NCBI GenBank assembly: GCA_024281145.1
Contig: JAMXLN010000124.1
Coordinates: 8,692 to 72,691 of the forward strand
DNA: 64,000 nt
Direction: 5' to 3'
Source: Hyphomicrobiaceae bacterium
GTDB taxonomy: Bacteria; Pseudomonadota; Alphaproteobacteria; Rhizobiales; Hyphomicrobiaceae
Shown: piece by piece, positions 27,753 through 36,716 of the stretch
Numbering within the stretch: position 1 is the stretch's first letter
Layout: every line of letters starts with the position of its first letter
The notes under the pieces: generated by a model
Databases searched by the model: none
The model's input: the letters and a program-made list of their open reading frames with translations, nothing else
What the model was told of the DNA's origin: nothing
Program-made: the position numbers and the translations under genes

Positions 27753-29018
27753 TCAAGGAGAGGAGCTCGGAGCCACCATCAGCGCCTCGATCGCTCTCAT
27801 GCCGGGGCGCCGGCGCCAACGGACTTCCGCTGCAGGGTTGGCAAGCACCAGGTGTGGCCACCGCCGGAAGAGTGCCTCCAGCGCGCACTTGGCCTCGATG
27901 CGCGCAAGCTGATGTCCCAGACAAAAGTGGATCCCGGTGCCGAACGACATATGGCGGTTGGGCCTTCTCGTGAGATCCAGCGTCTCGGGGTGCACGTGGG
28001 TTTCGGGGTCCATGTTGGCGGCGCCCAGCATGGCCATGATCCTGTCGCCCTGCTTCAGGCGCACACCCGCGAGCTCAACGTCCCTGCATACGAAACGCGG
28101 CTTGGTGAACTGCACAGGTGAAACAAAGCGCAGGAACTCCTCAATGGCCAGGTTGGCGCGGCTCCAGTCCTCCGCGAGCCAATCGCGCAAGTCGGGCGCT
28201 CGCATCAGCTCGTAGGCGGAACCACTGATGAGATGGGTGGTGGTTTCCGACCCGGCGCCGAGCAGCAAGAAGACCATCGCCACCATCTCCTCAGCGCTGA
28301 TGCGCCCCTCCTCGTGACCGATGCGAACGAGCTCGGCGATCAGACCTTCCCCACCCGTCTCCCGAGCTCGCTGCAATTGCCCCTCGAGGTAGCGCCGCAT
28401 CGGGCCAATTCCGGCCAGCATACGCAGGAACCCAACCACGCCCGTGAGACGGGTGAGTGTTTGCGCCCAGGCGATGAACCGCGCTCTGTCTGCGCTGGGA
28501 AGGCCGAGCAACTCACAGATGACAGACAGCGGCAGCCTGCGAGCATAGCGCTCGACCAAATCGGCCGGATTGCCATCGGCGAAAAGCTCGGCCGCGAGCG
28601 CATCGGCAAGCGCCAGTATCCGCGGCTCCATGTCGAGGATCGCGCGCCGGCGGAAGGCCTCCTCCACCGTGCTGCGCAGGCGGGTGTGATCCGGCTCATC
28701 CATGGTCAGCATGCTTGTTGCCAACGAGCGCAACCAGCGCGGCATCCACCAGCGCATGCCGGCAACCCTGCCGTCCCTGCGCATCCGGAAAGTTGCGTGG
28801 TCCTTCAGGATGCGGCCCGCCGTCTCGCTGGTCGTCGAAATCCACGTTCTACCAATAATCGGGAAGCGCACCTCCACGACCGGGCCCGCAGCCCTCAGCT
28901 TGGCAAGTCCCGTGGCTGGGTCGCGCAGGTAGTCCGGACTGGTGAAGTCGAAGCGGAACACGGGGGCAATGCTCCTTGGATGCTGCAGGTGCTGATGAGC
29001 CATGTGCCTCACCGCCAT
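27753..29018 (-). CDS. cytochrome P450
   Basis: Heme-Cys loop FGTGIHFCLGHQLAR, I-helix LLLGAGSETT and K-helix EEFLR. Confidence 0.9.
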   Translation of the reverse strand: MAVRHMAHQHLQHPRSIAPVFRFDFTSPDYLRDPATGLAKLRAAGPVVEVRFPIIGRTWISTTSETAGRILKDHATFRMRRDGRVAGMRWWMPRWLRSLATSMLTMDEPDHTRLRSTVEEAFRRRAILDMEPRILALADALAAELFADGNPADLVERYARRLPLSVICELLGLPSADRARFIAWAQTLTRLTGVVGFLRMLAGIGPMRRYLEGQLQRARETGGEGLIAELVRIGHEEGRISAEEMVAMVFLLLGAGSETTTHLISGSAYELMRAPDLRDWLAEDWSRANLAIEEFLRFVSPVQFTKPRFVCRDVELAGVRLKQGDRIMAMLGAANMDPETHVHPETLDLTRRPNRHMSFGTGIHFCLGHQLARIEAKCALEALFRRWPHLVLANPAAEVRWRRRPGMRAIEALMVAPSSSP

Positions 29019-29032
29019 CAGATGTGAGACAG

Positions 29033-29767
29033 CTAAGGCTTAGAGCCCAGTGATGTCCGCACCGTGATTTGCCAGATCTTGTCAGTGGCTGCACCGCGCT
29101 GGGCATTGGGCAAAGTTTGTAGGCGCTGCCATTCGCAGGCAAAATCGTGTAGACGCTCGCGTCGGGGGAGATAGCCCGAATGACGCGCGCGCAGATGCGT
29201 GATGTATTGCACGTCGGCCAACCGATCGATGAGGGTTGGGCTCACGACCATCAAGACGAGCCGGCCGACTTGGTCGTGCAGCAACGTCCCGTCATGGTTT
29301 CGTTCGCTGTAGGCTGCAAAGCCAAACAGCGTCTCGTCGTTTTGCGTCGGGCGACCGTGCACGAAATGCATGTTTGCCCGCGGGTCCAACCCCGTGATTG
29401 CGTCCTTCCCCTCGTCCATCATCATGCGATGGGCGACCGGACTGGCGAGCTGCAATAGTCCGGGGTGCTTTACCACCTCGCGCTTGATATGCCGGACCAA
29501 ATCAGGGGCCAAGAAGAAGTCCTCCAAGTTCGAAGGACTGCCCTGCGTGATAATGTGCAGCATATCGGTGCCGTCGGGCTCAGGGATGATCCCGTACATT
29601 TCGATGACGATGGAGCTGGCCACGAGGTCCTCGCGCCGGAAGTGGACGCGTGCACGATGCCTGGACCACCGACCGGCAACGAAGCCACTGAGCGCAAGCG
29701 CCCCGCCCAGCGCCGGGAGAATGAGGCGAGCGTGATCGCCAGTGATCTCGAGGCCGAAGAGGTGCAT
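29033..29767 (-). CDS. hypothetical protein with one N-terminal TM segment
   Basis: 244-aa ORF with ARLILPALGGALALSGFVAG as a TM segment. Only 14 nt separate its stop from the P450 start. No family was recognised. Confidence 0.6.
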   Translation of the reverse strand: MHLFGLEITGDHARLILPALGGALALSGFVAGRWSRHRARVHFRREDLVASSIVIEMYGIIPEPDGTDMLHIITQGSPSNLEDFFLAPDLVRHIKREVVKHPGLLQLASPVAHRMMMDEGKDAITGLDPRANMHFVHGRPTQNDETLFGFAAYSERNHDGTLLHDQVGRLVLMVVSPTLIDRLADVQYITHLRARHSGYLPRRERLHDFACEWQRLQTLPNAQRGAATDKIWQITVRTSLGSKP

Positions 29768-29774
29768 GGCAATC

Positions 29775-29804
29775 TCTTTCTGCTCGTCCTCTTTCTGCTC
29801 GTCC
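29775..29804. repeat. perfect tandem duplication of a 15-nt unit (tctttctgctcgtcc x2)
   Basis: Read directly from the sequence. It lies 8-37 nt upstream of the start codon of the hypothetical gene (minus strand). Confidence 0.7.
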
Positions 29805-29859
29805 CCTGCAGCACCCTTAAGGTGAGACCGCTCGAGAAGGACCCGCCCGAGCGCACCGT

Positions 29860-30819
29860 TTATTGCCTTTCTTCCAGCTGCAGCGGCAGGATGAATGGAA
29901 CGGAGCCAACGCTCGTTCCCATGATCTGCGGCAGCCCACCTTTCCAGTTCAAAGCTGCCTGTGCCTGAAGCTGGCGGGCGTAACCATCGATGCCGCCGGC
30001 GGCCTCGATTTTGGCGCGCATGGCACTGGCGTCGGCCTCACCGCGCAGCTTGGTCGCTTCGGCTTCCGCGCGCGCCTGAGCGAGCTGCGCCCGGGCTTGA
30101 CCTTCCGCCCTAGCATACTGCGAGTCAGCCTCGCCTCGCGCCTTGACGACGACCGTCTCAGCCTCAACCCTGGCGCGTTCGCGATCTTGCTCGGCCTGCA
30201 CGCGCTGCGCCCGTGCCAGGGTGGCGCGGTTGACCGCTTCTTTGTACTGCGCGGAAAAATCCAGAGCGGGAATTTGCACGTCTTGCACTTCGATCCTGAA
30301 CAGGCGGTTGAGCTCAGACGCGATGGTCACCTTGATGTCATCGACGATCTTCTCACGGCCCTCACCAGCGAGCGCCGTGACGTCCTGGCGGCTGACGATC
30401 GAGCGGACGCGATCGTTTGCAACCGATTCAAGATTGTGGGCGATGTCAATGTTGCCCGCGCGACCGACCTCGTAGAGCAAGTGATAGGCTGCCGTTGGCG
30501 GCATATTGTAGGTTAGGGATATTTGCAGCGTGACTTCCTGCGTGTCGCGCGTGAACGCCTTCATCGCCGGCAACTTCACCGTATCGGTGGAAATGGAGAC
30601 AGTGTCGGCGCTATCGGCCAGCGGCAGCTTAAAATGCAAGCCCGGTTGGAGCGGTCCGGCTTGCGCGTTCACGACCTGGCCGAAGCGGGTCACGTAGGCG
30701 ACCTCGTTCTGCCGCACGAGAAACCAGCTGCCGCTTGCAAGCGCAGCAAGCGTGATGATGGACGCGCCCAGCAGGATATTGCGGCTGCCGATGCGCACCG
30801 ATGGGACGGGCATGGTCAT
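29860..30819 (-). CDS. SPFH / band-7 (prohibitin/HflC-like) membrane protein
   Basis: N-terminal TM (ILLGASIITLAALASGSWFLV), then VRQNEVAYVTRFGQVV...GLHFKLP, followed by a long Ala/Arg/Glu-rich coiled-coil tail. Confidence 0.85.
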   Translation of the reverse strand: MTMPVPSVRIGSRNILLGASIITLAALASGSWFLVRQNEVAYVTRFGQVVNAQAGPLQPGLHFKLPLADSADTVSISTDTVKLPAMKAFTRDTQEVTLQISLTYNMPPTAAYHLLYEVGRAGNIDIAHNLESVANDRVRSIVSRQDVTALAGEGREKIVDDIKVTIASELNRLFRIEVQDVQIPALDFSAQYKEAVNRATLARAQRVQAEQDRERARVEAETVVVKARGEADSQYARAEGQARAQLAQARAEAEATKLRGEADASAMRAKIEAAGGIDGYARQLQAQAALNWKGGLPQIMGTSVGSVPFILPLQLEERQ

Positions 30820-31148
30820 GAGAAATCAGCTCGATGAGCTGTCCTCTCTGGAGAGACGGGCGGATGCTGAAAAGGGGGGCTTGCGCGACCTAGATGTCGT
30901 CGAAGACGTAGAATGGGGCGTGCACCATGAACGTGCTCCTACCACCGATCTCAGAGCCGCAAATGACATCGAGGGCTCCGCCAGTATGTGGGATGGCGCG
31001 AGCGCGCGATCAAGGCGGGCTGAGCCTGTGGCTCCTCGCGACTGCGCGCCTCAAAGCGGCACGGCTCCGAACCACAATGGTCACGGGAATGGTCATGGAC
31101 GCACCAAGGGCTGCATCGGTGGGCTAGCAGCGGGCCGCCGGTAAAGGG

Positions 31149-31424
31149 TCAGCCCCGCGACCGCGCGAGCACATCGATGAGTTCCTGGATGGTGCGATCC
31201 TGGGTGCGCGCATCCTCGCTCTGCATTGCCTCGCGCACACAGTGGCCGATGTGATCGCGCAAGACTTCCTGCTCGACGCGGCGAAGCGCCGCCCGCGCCG
31301 CCGCAAGCTGGGTTACGATGTCGATGCAGTAACGGCCCTCTTCGACCATGCGCGCGAGGCCCCGCACCTGTCCCTCGATGCGGTTGAGGCGTTGAATGCA
31401 GGAGCTCTTGGTCAAGTCGTGCAT
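31149..31424 (-). CDS. csoR: CsoR-family copper-sensing transcriptional repressor
   Basis: RLNRIEGQVRGLARMVEEGRYCIDIVTQLAAARAAL...HIGHCV contains the C-H-C copper ligands. The start is ATG 31424; the alternative is 31433. Confidence 0.85.
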   Translation of the reverse strand: MHDLTKSSCIQRLNRIEGQVRGLARMVEEGRYCIDIVTQLAAARAALRRVEQEVLRDHIGHCVREAMQSEDARTQDRTIQELIDVLARSRG

Positions 31425-31426
31425 CC

Positions 31427-31453
31427 TTGACATATACCCTACAGGGGTATAGT
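31427..31453 (+). promoter_or_regulatory. putative copA promoter: -35 TTGACA (31427-31432), -10 TATAGT (31448-31453)
   Basis: Consensus-like hexamers with a 15-nt spacer. The ATG at 31459 begins 6 nt after the -10, implying a leaderless mRNA. Confidence 0.45.
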
Positions 31454-31459
31454 AGTCAA
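31431..31459 (-). promoter_or_regulatory. putative csoR promoter: -35 TTGACT (31459-31454), -10 TATATG (31436-31431)
   Basis: 17-nt spacer. The ATG at 31424 begins 7 nt after the -10, implying a leaderless mRNA. Confidence 0.45.
31433..31451. promoter_or_regulatory. CsoR-type operator TATACCC-TACAG-GGGTATA
   Basis: Perfect 7-bp inverted arms with a 5-bp spacer. It resembles the known CsoR boxes of copZA-type promoters (TACCC-n-GGGTA core). It lies between the divergent csoR and copA starts. Confidence 0.6.
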
Positions 31460-33855
31460 TGGGAATGGAGGCCAGCATGAGCGCCGACAACCACGGGGGC
31501 GGTCGCGTGAGCGAAGGCCGCGGTGAGGAGCCCGGCTCTGCAGAGGGCCGTTGCACGGGCGTGGCCCACGCGGTCAAGGATCCGGTGTGCGGGATGGACA
31601 TCGATCCGCACACGACGGCGCATCGCGCGACCTGCGATGGCCGCAGCTACTATTTCTGTTCGCGCGGCTGCTGCGAGAGGTTCATGGCTTCTCCTGCCAC
31701 ATACCTCGACCGCAGCGGTCGAGCCGCCAAACCCGTTCCGGAAGGCACGATCTACACCTGTCCGATGCATCCCGAGATCCGGCAGGTTGGGCCGGGGGCC
31801 TGCCCGATCTGCGGGATGGCCCTGGAGCCCATCGAGGCGGAGGCCGAGGGCGGCCCCAGCCCGGAGCTCATCGACATGACGCGCCGGCTTCGCATCGGGC
31901 TTGTGCCCACCGCTCTCGTCGCGGCACTCGAGATGGGCGGGCATTTCACCAACCTACACGGGCTGCTCGGGCCGCGCCTGTCGAACTGGGTCGAGCTGCT
32001 GCTTGCAACCCCCGTCGTGCTTTGGGCGGGCTGGCCCTTTTTCGTGCGCGGGTGGGCGTCCGTCAAAACGCTGCACCTCAACATGTTCACCCTGATCGCA
32101 CTGGGTACGGGCGTTGCCTGGATCTATAGCATCGCGGGAACGGTCTTTCCCGGTCTCTTCCCAGCGACATTGCGCGGGCACGACGGCTCCGTGGCGGTCT
32201 ATTTTGAGGCGGCCGCGGTGATCATCCTCTTGGTGCTCCTGGGGCAGGTGCTTGAACTCAAAGCGCGGGAGCAGACCAGCGGCGCGATCAAGGCGCTGTT
32301 AAACTTGGCGCCAAAGCAAGCGCGACGCAGTCGCGCCGATGGCACCGACGAGGATGTGCCCTTAGAAGCCGTGGTCGTGGGCGACCTGCTGCGCGTGCGT
32401 CCGGGTGAAGCCGTGCCCGTCGACGGCCAGATCGTCGAGGGACGCAGCACGGTCGATGAATCGATGATTACCGGTGAGCCGATGCCGGCCACCAAGCAAG
32501 CCGGTGCCGGCGTCATCGGCGGTACGATGAACCAATCGGGCAGCTTTGTCATGCGTGCCCAGAAAGTCGGCCGCGACACCATGCTCGCGCAGATCGTGCG
32601 TATGGTTGCGCAGGCGCAGCGCAGCCGTGCGCCCATCCAGCGACTGGCCGACCAGGTGTCGGCATGGTTCGTCCCGCTGGTCATCGCGGTCGCGGTCGTT
32701 GCCTTCTTGGCGTGGACACTGTGGGGCCCTGAACCGCGCCTGACCTACGGCTTGATCGCAGCGGTTTCCGTGCTGATCATCGCCTGTCCGTGCGCCTTGG
32801 GTCTCGCAACGCCAATGTCCATCATGGTGGGCGTGGGGCGCGGCGCTCAGGCGGGCATTCTGATCAAAAACGCCGAGGCGCTCGAGCGCATGGAGCGGAT
32901 CGACACACTCCTGATCGACAAGACGGGGACCCTGACCGAAGGCAAGCCGCGCGTGACGGCGGTACGCCCAGCCCCGGGCTTTGCGGAACAGGAGGTGCTC
33001 CGGCTTGCCGCGAGCCTCGAGCGCAACAGCCAACATCCGCTCGGGGCAGCCGTGGTACAGGCGGCACAAGAGCGCAATATCGCTCTCGCCAACGTCGGCG
33101 ACTTCGATGCACCGACCGGCAAAGGAGTGACCGGTTTGGTTGACGGGCACCGCCTCGTGATCGGCAACGCGGCCATGCTGCGCGAGGCGCACGTTGAACT
33201 CGGCCCCCTTGCCGGCGAGGCCGATCAGCTTCGCCAAGAAGGCGCGACGGTCATCTTCGTTGCAATTGATGGATCGGCTGCGGGAGTGCTCGCCATTTCT
33301 GATCCCATCAAACGCACGACCCCTGGTGAGGTCGCTGCCCTGAAGGCCGCCGGCGTACGCCTCCTCATGCTCACCGGCGACAACGTGACGACCGCGCGCG
33401 CGGTTGCCGCGAAGCTTGGAATCGGGGAAGTCGAAGCCGAGGTGCTGCCAGCGGATAAGATTGCCGTGGTGGAGCGGCTCCGGCATGAGGGTCGGGCCGT
33501 CGCGATGGCCGGCGATGGCGTCAACGATGCCCCGGCGCTGACCGCGGCCGAGGTTGGGATTGCCATGGGCACGGGGAGCGACGTCGCCATACAAAGCGCC
33601 GCCGTCACGCTGGTCAAGGGGGACCTCAATGGCATCATGCGTGCCCGCAGGTTATCGGCGGCGACGATGTCCAACATCCGCCAAAACCTCTTCTTCGCCT
33701 TCATCTACAACGCAGCCGGCATCCCGGTTGCCGCGGGGGTGCTCTACCCCCTCCTCGGCGTCATGCTCTCACCCATGCTCGCTGCAGCCGCGATGGCGCT
33801 CTCCTCGGTGAGCGTCATCGCCAACGCCTTGCGGCTGCGGCGCGTTGTGCTGTGA
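31459..33855 (+). CDS. copA: copper-translocating P1B-type ATPase
   Basis: CPC ([13 protein letters not shown]), DKTGTLT, TGDN and GDGVNDAP motifs. The N-terminus has a YHS/TRASH-like DPVCGMDI...[12 protein letters not shown] and a YTCPMHPEI...CPICGM domain. The start could also be ATG 31465 or 31477. Confidence 0.9.
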   Translation: MGMEASMSADNHGGGRVSEGRGEEPGSAEGRCTGVAHAVKDPVCGMDIDPHTTAHRATCDGRSYYFCSRGCCERFMASPATYLDRSGRAAKPVPEGTIYTCPMHPEIRQVGPGACPICGMALEPIEAEAEGGPSPELIDMTRRLRIGLVPTALVAALEMGGHFTNLHGLLGPRLSNWVELLLATPVVLWAGWPFFVRGWASVKTLHLNMFTLIALGTGVAWIYSIAGTVFPGLFPATLRGHDGSVAVYFEAAAVIILLVLLGQVLELKAREQTSGAIKALLNLAPKQARRSRADGTDEDVPLEAVVVGDLLRVRPGEAVPVDGQIVEGRSTVDESMITGEPMPATKQAGAGVIGGTMNQSGSFVMRAQKVGRDTMLAQIVRMVAQAQRSRAPIQRLADQVSAWFVPLVIAVAVVAFLAWTLWGPEPRLTYGLIAAVSVLIIACPCALGLATPMSIMVGVGRGAQAGILIKNAEALERMERIDTLLIDKTGTLTEGKPRVTAVRPAPGFAEQEVLRLAASLERNSQHPLGAAVVQAAQERNIALANVGDFDAPTGKGVTGLVDGHRLVIGNAAMLREAHVELGPLAGEADQLRQEGATVIFVAIDGSAAGVLAISDPIKRTTPGEVAALKAAGVRLLMLTGDNVTTARAVAAKLGIGEVEAEVLPADKIAVVERLRHEGRAVAMAGDGVNDAPALTAAEVGIAMGTGSDVAIQSAAVTLVKGDLNGIMRARRLSAATMSNIRQNLFFAFIYNAAGIPVAAGVLYPLLGVMLSPMLAAAAMALSSVSVIANALRLRRVVL

Positions 33856-34052
33856 TCCCCCCGCACGTCTTGCAATCTCGATCCTGGAGGGAGGACACGT
33901 TTCGCTTCGAGAAGCTTGGTTGCCGCGCAAAGGGCACAGCCCGGTGGGCGTGCTGGGCCCACCACCCGCGCGCTCTCAGAGCCCTGCCGCGCGCCCCGCA
34001 GTGGCAGGAAGATGTGAAGCAGTGTAGAGGAAAGAGCTTGCGCACGGGAAAC

Positions 34053-34126
34053 GCGGGTGTAGCTCAATGGTAGAGCAACAGCCTTCCAAGCTGATGACGA
34101 GGGTTCGATTCCCTTCACCCGCTCCA
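34053..34126 (+). tRNA. tRNA-Gly (anticodon TCC), CCA encoded
   Basis: Acceptor stem GCGGGTG/CACCCGC, anticodon loop CTTCCAA, T-loop GGTTCGATTCC. Confidence 0.95.
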
Positions 34127-34343
34127 GTCGCTCAAAAGACCCCCTGCGGCGCGGCCCGCCGGGGCCCTGATGCCCTTCGCCGCGCCCGCTCCTCGCCGCG
34201 GGCTTCCTAGGAGCAGCGCCAAGAAGCCACGGAGGGAGCGTCCTGCGCAAACGTTAACACGCTGAAATATATGGATAAATATCTCCGATTCCCGACGTTT
34301 GGGGCCGGCGACTCCCGCTCTGAGCGTTTGTCAAGAAAAAAAT

Positions 34344-34372
34344 GTGACAAGGGGAACGAACTGCGTTATGTA
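34344..34372 (+). promoter_or_regulatory. possible promoter for tRNA-Trp/secE/nusG: GTGACA-17 nt-TATGTA
   Basis: Hexamers read directly from the sequence, ~30 nt upstream of the tRNA and preceded by an A/T-rich tract. Confidence 0.3.
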
Positions 34373-34402
34373 AGCGCTCCCGCGCGGATCGGCAGAGCCT
34401 CA

Positions 34403-34478
34403 AGGGGTGTAGCTCAATTGGCAGAGCGTCGGTCTCCAAAACCGAAGGTTGGGGGTTCGAGACCCTCCGCCCCTGCCA
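34403..34478 (+). tRNA. tRNA-Trp (anticodon CCA), CCA encoded
   Basis: Acceptor stem AGGGGTG/CGCCCCT, anticodon arm TCGGT-CTCCAAA-ACCGA, T-loop GGTTCGAGACC. Confidence 0.95.
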
Positions 34479-34718
34479 AGCATTGCTGCACTCGTTAGGG
34501 CGCACGGCGGCGTGCAAATTGAGGCAAACCGATTTGAGGCAAATTGGGCAGCAAGTTGAGGGCACAGGTCAGGCGACGCGAAGGACGGAAAAACGCAAGG
34601 CGACCCTAGCGAGCGAACGACGCAACAAGCCGACAAAAAGCCAACACGTGGGACTGAGATGCGGTGAGCCGCACGCGCATGCGGCTTGTGAGGATCGTGG
34701 GCTGATGGTGAAGATCCC

Positions 34719-34913
34719 GTGGTGAAGAACCCGTTTCACTTCATCGAAGAGGTGCGTCAGGAGACATCGAAGGTCACGTGGCCGACCTGGAAAGAGGTCT
34801 GGATCACGACGACCATGGTGCTCGTCATGGTGGCGCTGACCTCGGTGTTCTTCCTGCTTACCGATATGGTCATCCGCAACGTGGTGCAGTTCGTGCTGAG
34901 TCTGGGCCGCTAG
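34719..34913 (+). CDS. secE: preprotein translocase subunit SecE
   Basis: FIEEVRQETSKVTWPTWKEV followed by a single TM segment. GTG start and canonical position before nusG. Confidence 0.85.
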   Translation: MVKNPFHFIEEVRQETSKVTWPTWKEVWITTTMVLVMVALTSVFFLLTDMVIRNVVQFVLSLGR

Positions 34914-34987
34914 TCGGCCGCAACGATGCGAAGGGCTCGCGGCCGGGCGGCAGGCGGAGCGGGGGCGAGAGACGAGACGAAGCAATA

Positions 34988-35521
34988 ATGAGCAAGCGCT
35001 GGTACATCGTGCACGCCTACTCGAACTTCGAGCGCAAGGTGGCCGAGGACATAAAGAAGCGGGCCCTTGCGGCCGGCCTGTCGGAGCTGTTTGAGGAAGT
35101 GTTGGTGCCGACCGAAGAGATCGTGGAGGTGCGACGCGGACGCAAGGTGTCCTCCGAGCGGAAGTTCTTTCCGGGCTATGTGCTCGTCAAAATGCAGATG
35201 ACGGATCTGGCCTATCATCTGATCAAGAATACGCCGAAGGTCACGGGCTTTCTGGGAGCCGATAACAAGGCCATCCCCATCACGGAGGCCGAGGCCATGC
35301 GCATCCTGCACCAGGTGAAGGAGGGCGTGGAGCGCCCCAAGCCGATGGTCACATTCGAGATCGGCGAAAAGGTGCGGGTGGCCGACGGTCCGTTTGCCAC
35401 CTTCGAGGGGCATGTGGAAGAGGTCGACGAGCAGCGCGCACGCCTCAAAGTGGGTGTGTCGATCTTCGGCAGGCCGACGCCGGTCGAGCTGGAGTTCGGT
35501 CAAGTCGAGAAGGTTGCCTGA
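34988..35521 (+). CDS. nusG: transcription termination/antitermination factor NusG
   Basis: MSKRWYIVHAYSNFERKV... NGN domain and a C-terminal KOW domain (GEKVRVADGPFATFEG). Confidence 0.95.
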   Translation: MSKRWYIVHAYSNFERKVAEDIKKRALAAGLSELFEEVLVPTEEIVEVRRGRKVSSERKFFPGYVLVKMQMTDLAYHLIKNTPKVTGFLGADNKAIPITEAEAMRILHQVKEGVERPKPMVTFEIGEKVRVADGPFATFEGHVEEVDEQRARLKVGVSIFGRPTPVELEFGQVEKVA

Positions 35522-35572
35522 GCGCCGGCGCGAACGCCCGCGCCGTAGGACGAGGAGAGGGTTCAAGAAGCA

Positions 35573-36001
35573 ATGGCCAAGAAGATCGACGGCTACATCA
35601 ACTTGCAGGTGCCGGCCGGACAGGCCAACCCCTCGCCGCCAATCGGTCCGGCGCTGGGGCAGCGCGGCCTCTCCATCATGGAGTTCTGCAAGCAGTTCAA
35701 CGCCAAGACCAAGGATTTGGAGCAGGGAGCGCCGATCCCCGTGAAGATCACGGTGTTCTCCGACCGCTCATTTGCGTTCGAGATGCGCACCCCGCCGGCG
35801 TCCTACCTGCTCAAGAAGGCGGCCAAGATCGCCGACGGCTCCAAAGAACCAGGGCGCACCGTGGTTGGCACCATCGGCCTTGCCCAAGTGCGCGAGGTGG
35901 CGAAGGCGAAGATGAAGGATCTCAATACCGACGATCTGGACGCGGCCACCAAGACCATCGCGGGAACGGCGCGCTCGATGGGTTTGCAGGTGGTGGAGTG
36001 A
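35573..36001 (+). CDS. rplK: 50S ribosomal protein L11
   Basis: [24 protein letters not shown] signature. Confidence 0.97.
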   Translation: MAKKIDGYINLQVPAGQANPSPPIGPALGQRGLSIMEFCKQFNAKTKDLEQGAPIPVKITVFSDRSFAFEMRTPPASYLLKKAAKIADGSKEPGRTVVGTIGLAQVREVAKAKMKDLNTDDLDAATKTIAGTARSMGLQVVE

Positions 36002-36005
36002 AGCA

Positions 36006-36716
36006 ATGGCAAAGCTCGGCAAACGTCTGAAGTCCGCTCGCCAAGGCGTCGATCGCGAGAAGTTCTACGCCGTCGACGACGCCATCAAGCTGGTCAAGGA
36101 CCGCGCCAAGGCGAAGTTCGATGAGACCGTCGAGATCGCGATGAACCTGGGGGTCGACCCCAAGCATGCCGATCAGATGGTGCGCGGGGTATGCAACCTG
36201 CCCAACGGCTCGGGCCGCACCCAGCGGGTGGCGGTGTTTGCCCGCGGCCCAAAGGCAGAAGAGGCCACGGCCGCCGGCGCGGATGTCGTGGGCGCAGAGG
36301 ACCTTGTGGAACAGGTGTCGAAGGGCAATATTAACTTCGACAGGTGTATTGCCACCCCCGACATGATGGGTCTCGTCGGCCGCCTCGGCAAGGTGTTGGG
36401 GCCGCGCGGCCTGATGCCCAATCCCCGCGTTGGCACAGTGACCATGGACGTGACCAGCGCCGTGCGCGGCGCCAAGGGTGGTGCCGTCGAATTCCGAGTT
36501 GAAAAGGCCGGCATCGTCCAGGCGGGCGTCGGCAAGGCGAGCTTCTCGGACAAGGCGCTGGTCGAGAACATAAAGGCGTTCGTGGATGCGGTGGTCAGGT
36601 CCAAGCCCGCGGGGGCCAAGGGGACCTACGTCAAGAAAATATCCCTGAGCTCGAGCCAGGGCGTGGGCGTCAAGATCGAGGCCGGCAGCGTTGGCGCTGC
36701 CGGCACGACAGCGTGA
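36006..36716 (+). CDS. rplA: 50S ribosomal protein L1
   Basis: [24 protein letters not shown] signature. Confidence 0.97.
   Translation: MAKLGKRLKSARQGVDREKFYAVDDAIKLVKDRAKAKFDETVEIAMNLGVDPKHADQMVRGVCNLPNGSGRTQRVAVFARGPKAEEATAAGADVVGAEDLVEQVSKGNINFDRCIATPDMMGLVGRLGKVLGPRGLMPNPRVGTVTMDVTSAVRGAKGGAVEFRVEKAGIVQAGVGKASFSDKALVENIKAFVDAVVRSKPAGAKGTYVKKISLSSSQGVGVKIEAGSVGAAGTTA

Noticed and set aside
30890-30945. A 12-codon minus-strand mini-ORF (MVHAPFYVFDDI) with AGGAG 7 nt upstream, lying between csoR and the SPFH gene. A His/Gly-rich plus-strand reading (NHNGHGNGHG) lies nearby at about 31070-31100.
   Set aside because: It is too short to evaluate without conservation or ribosome-profiling data. 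The His-rich reading belongs to an ORF with no start or RBS context and a low-complexity translation.
32362-33594. A 410-aa minus-strand ORF inside copA.
   Set aside because: It is antisense to a P-type ATPase that carries every canonical motif. No motif appears in the antisense product.
27635-34052. Calling the tRNA-flanked block a mobile genomic island or integrative element.
   Set aside because: No integrase, recombinase, transposase, conjugation gene or duplicated tRNA 3' segment is visible at either border. Only the synteny argument remains, so it is reported as an insertion-like block and not as a mobile element.
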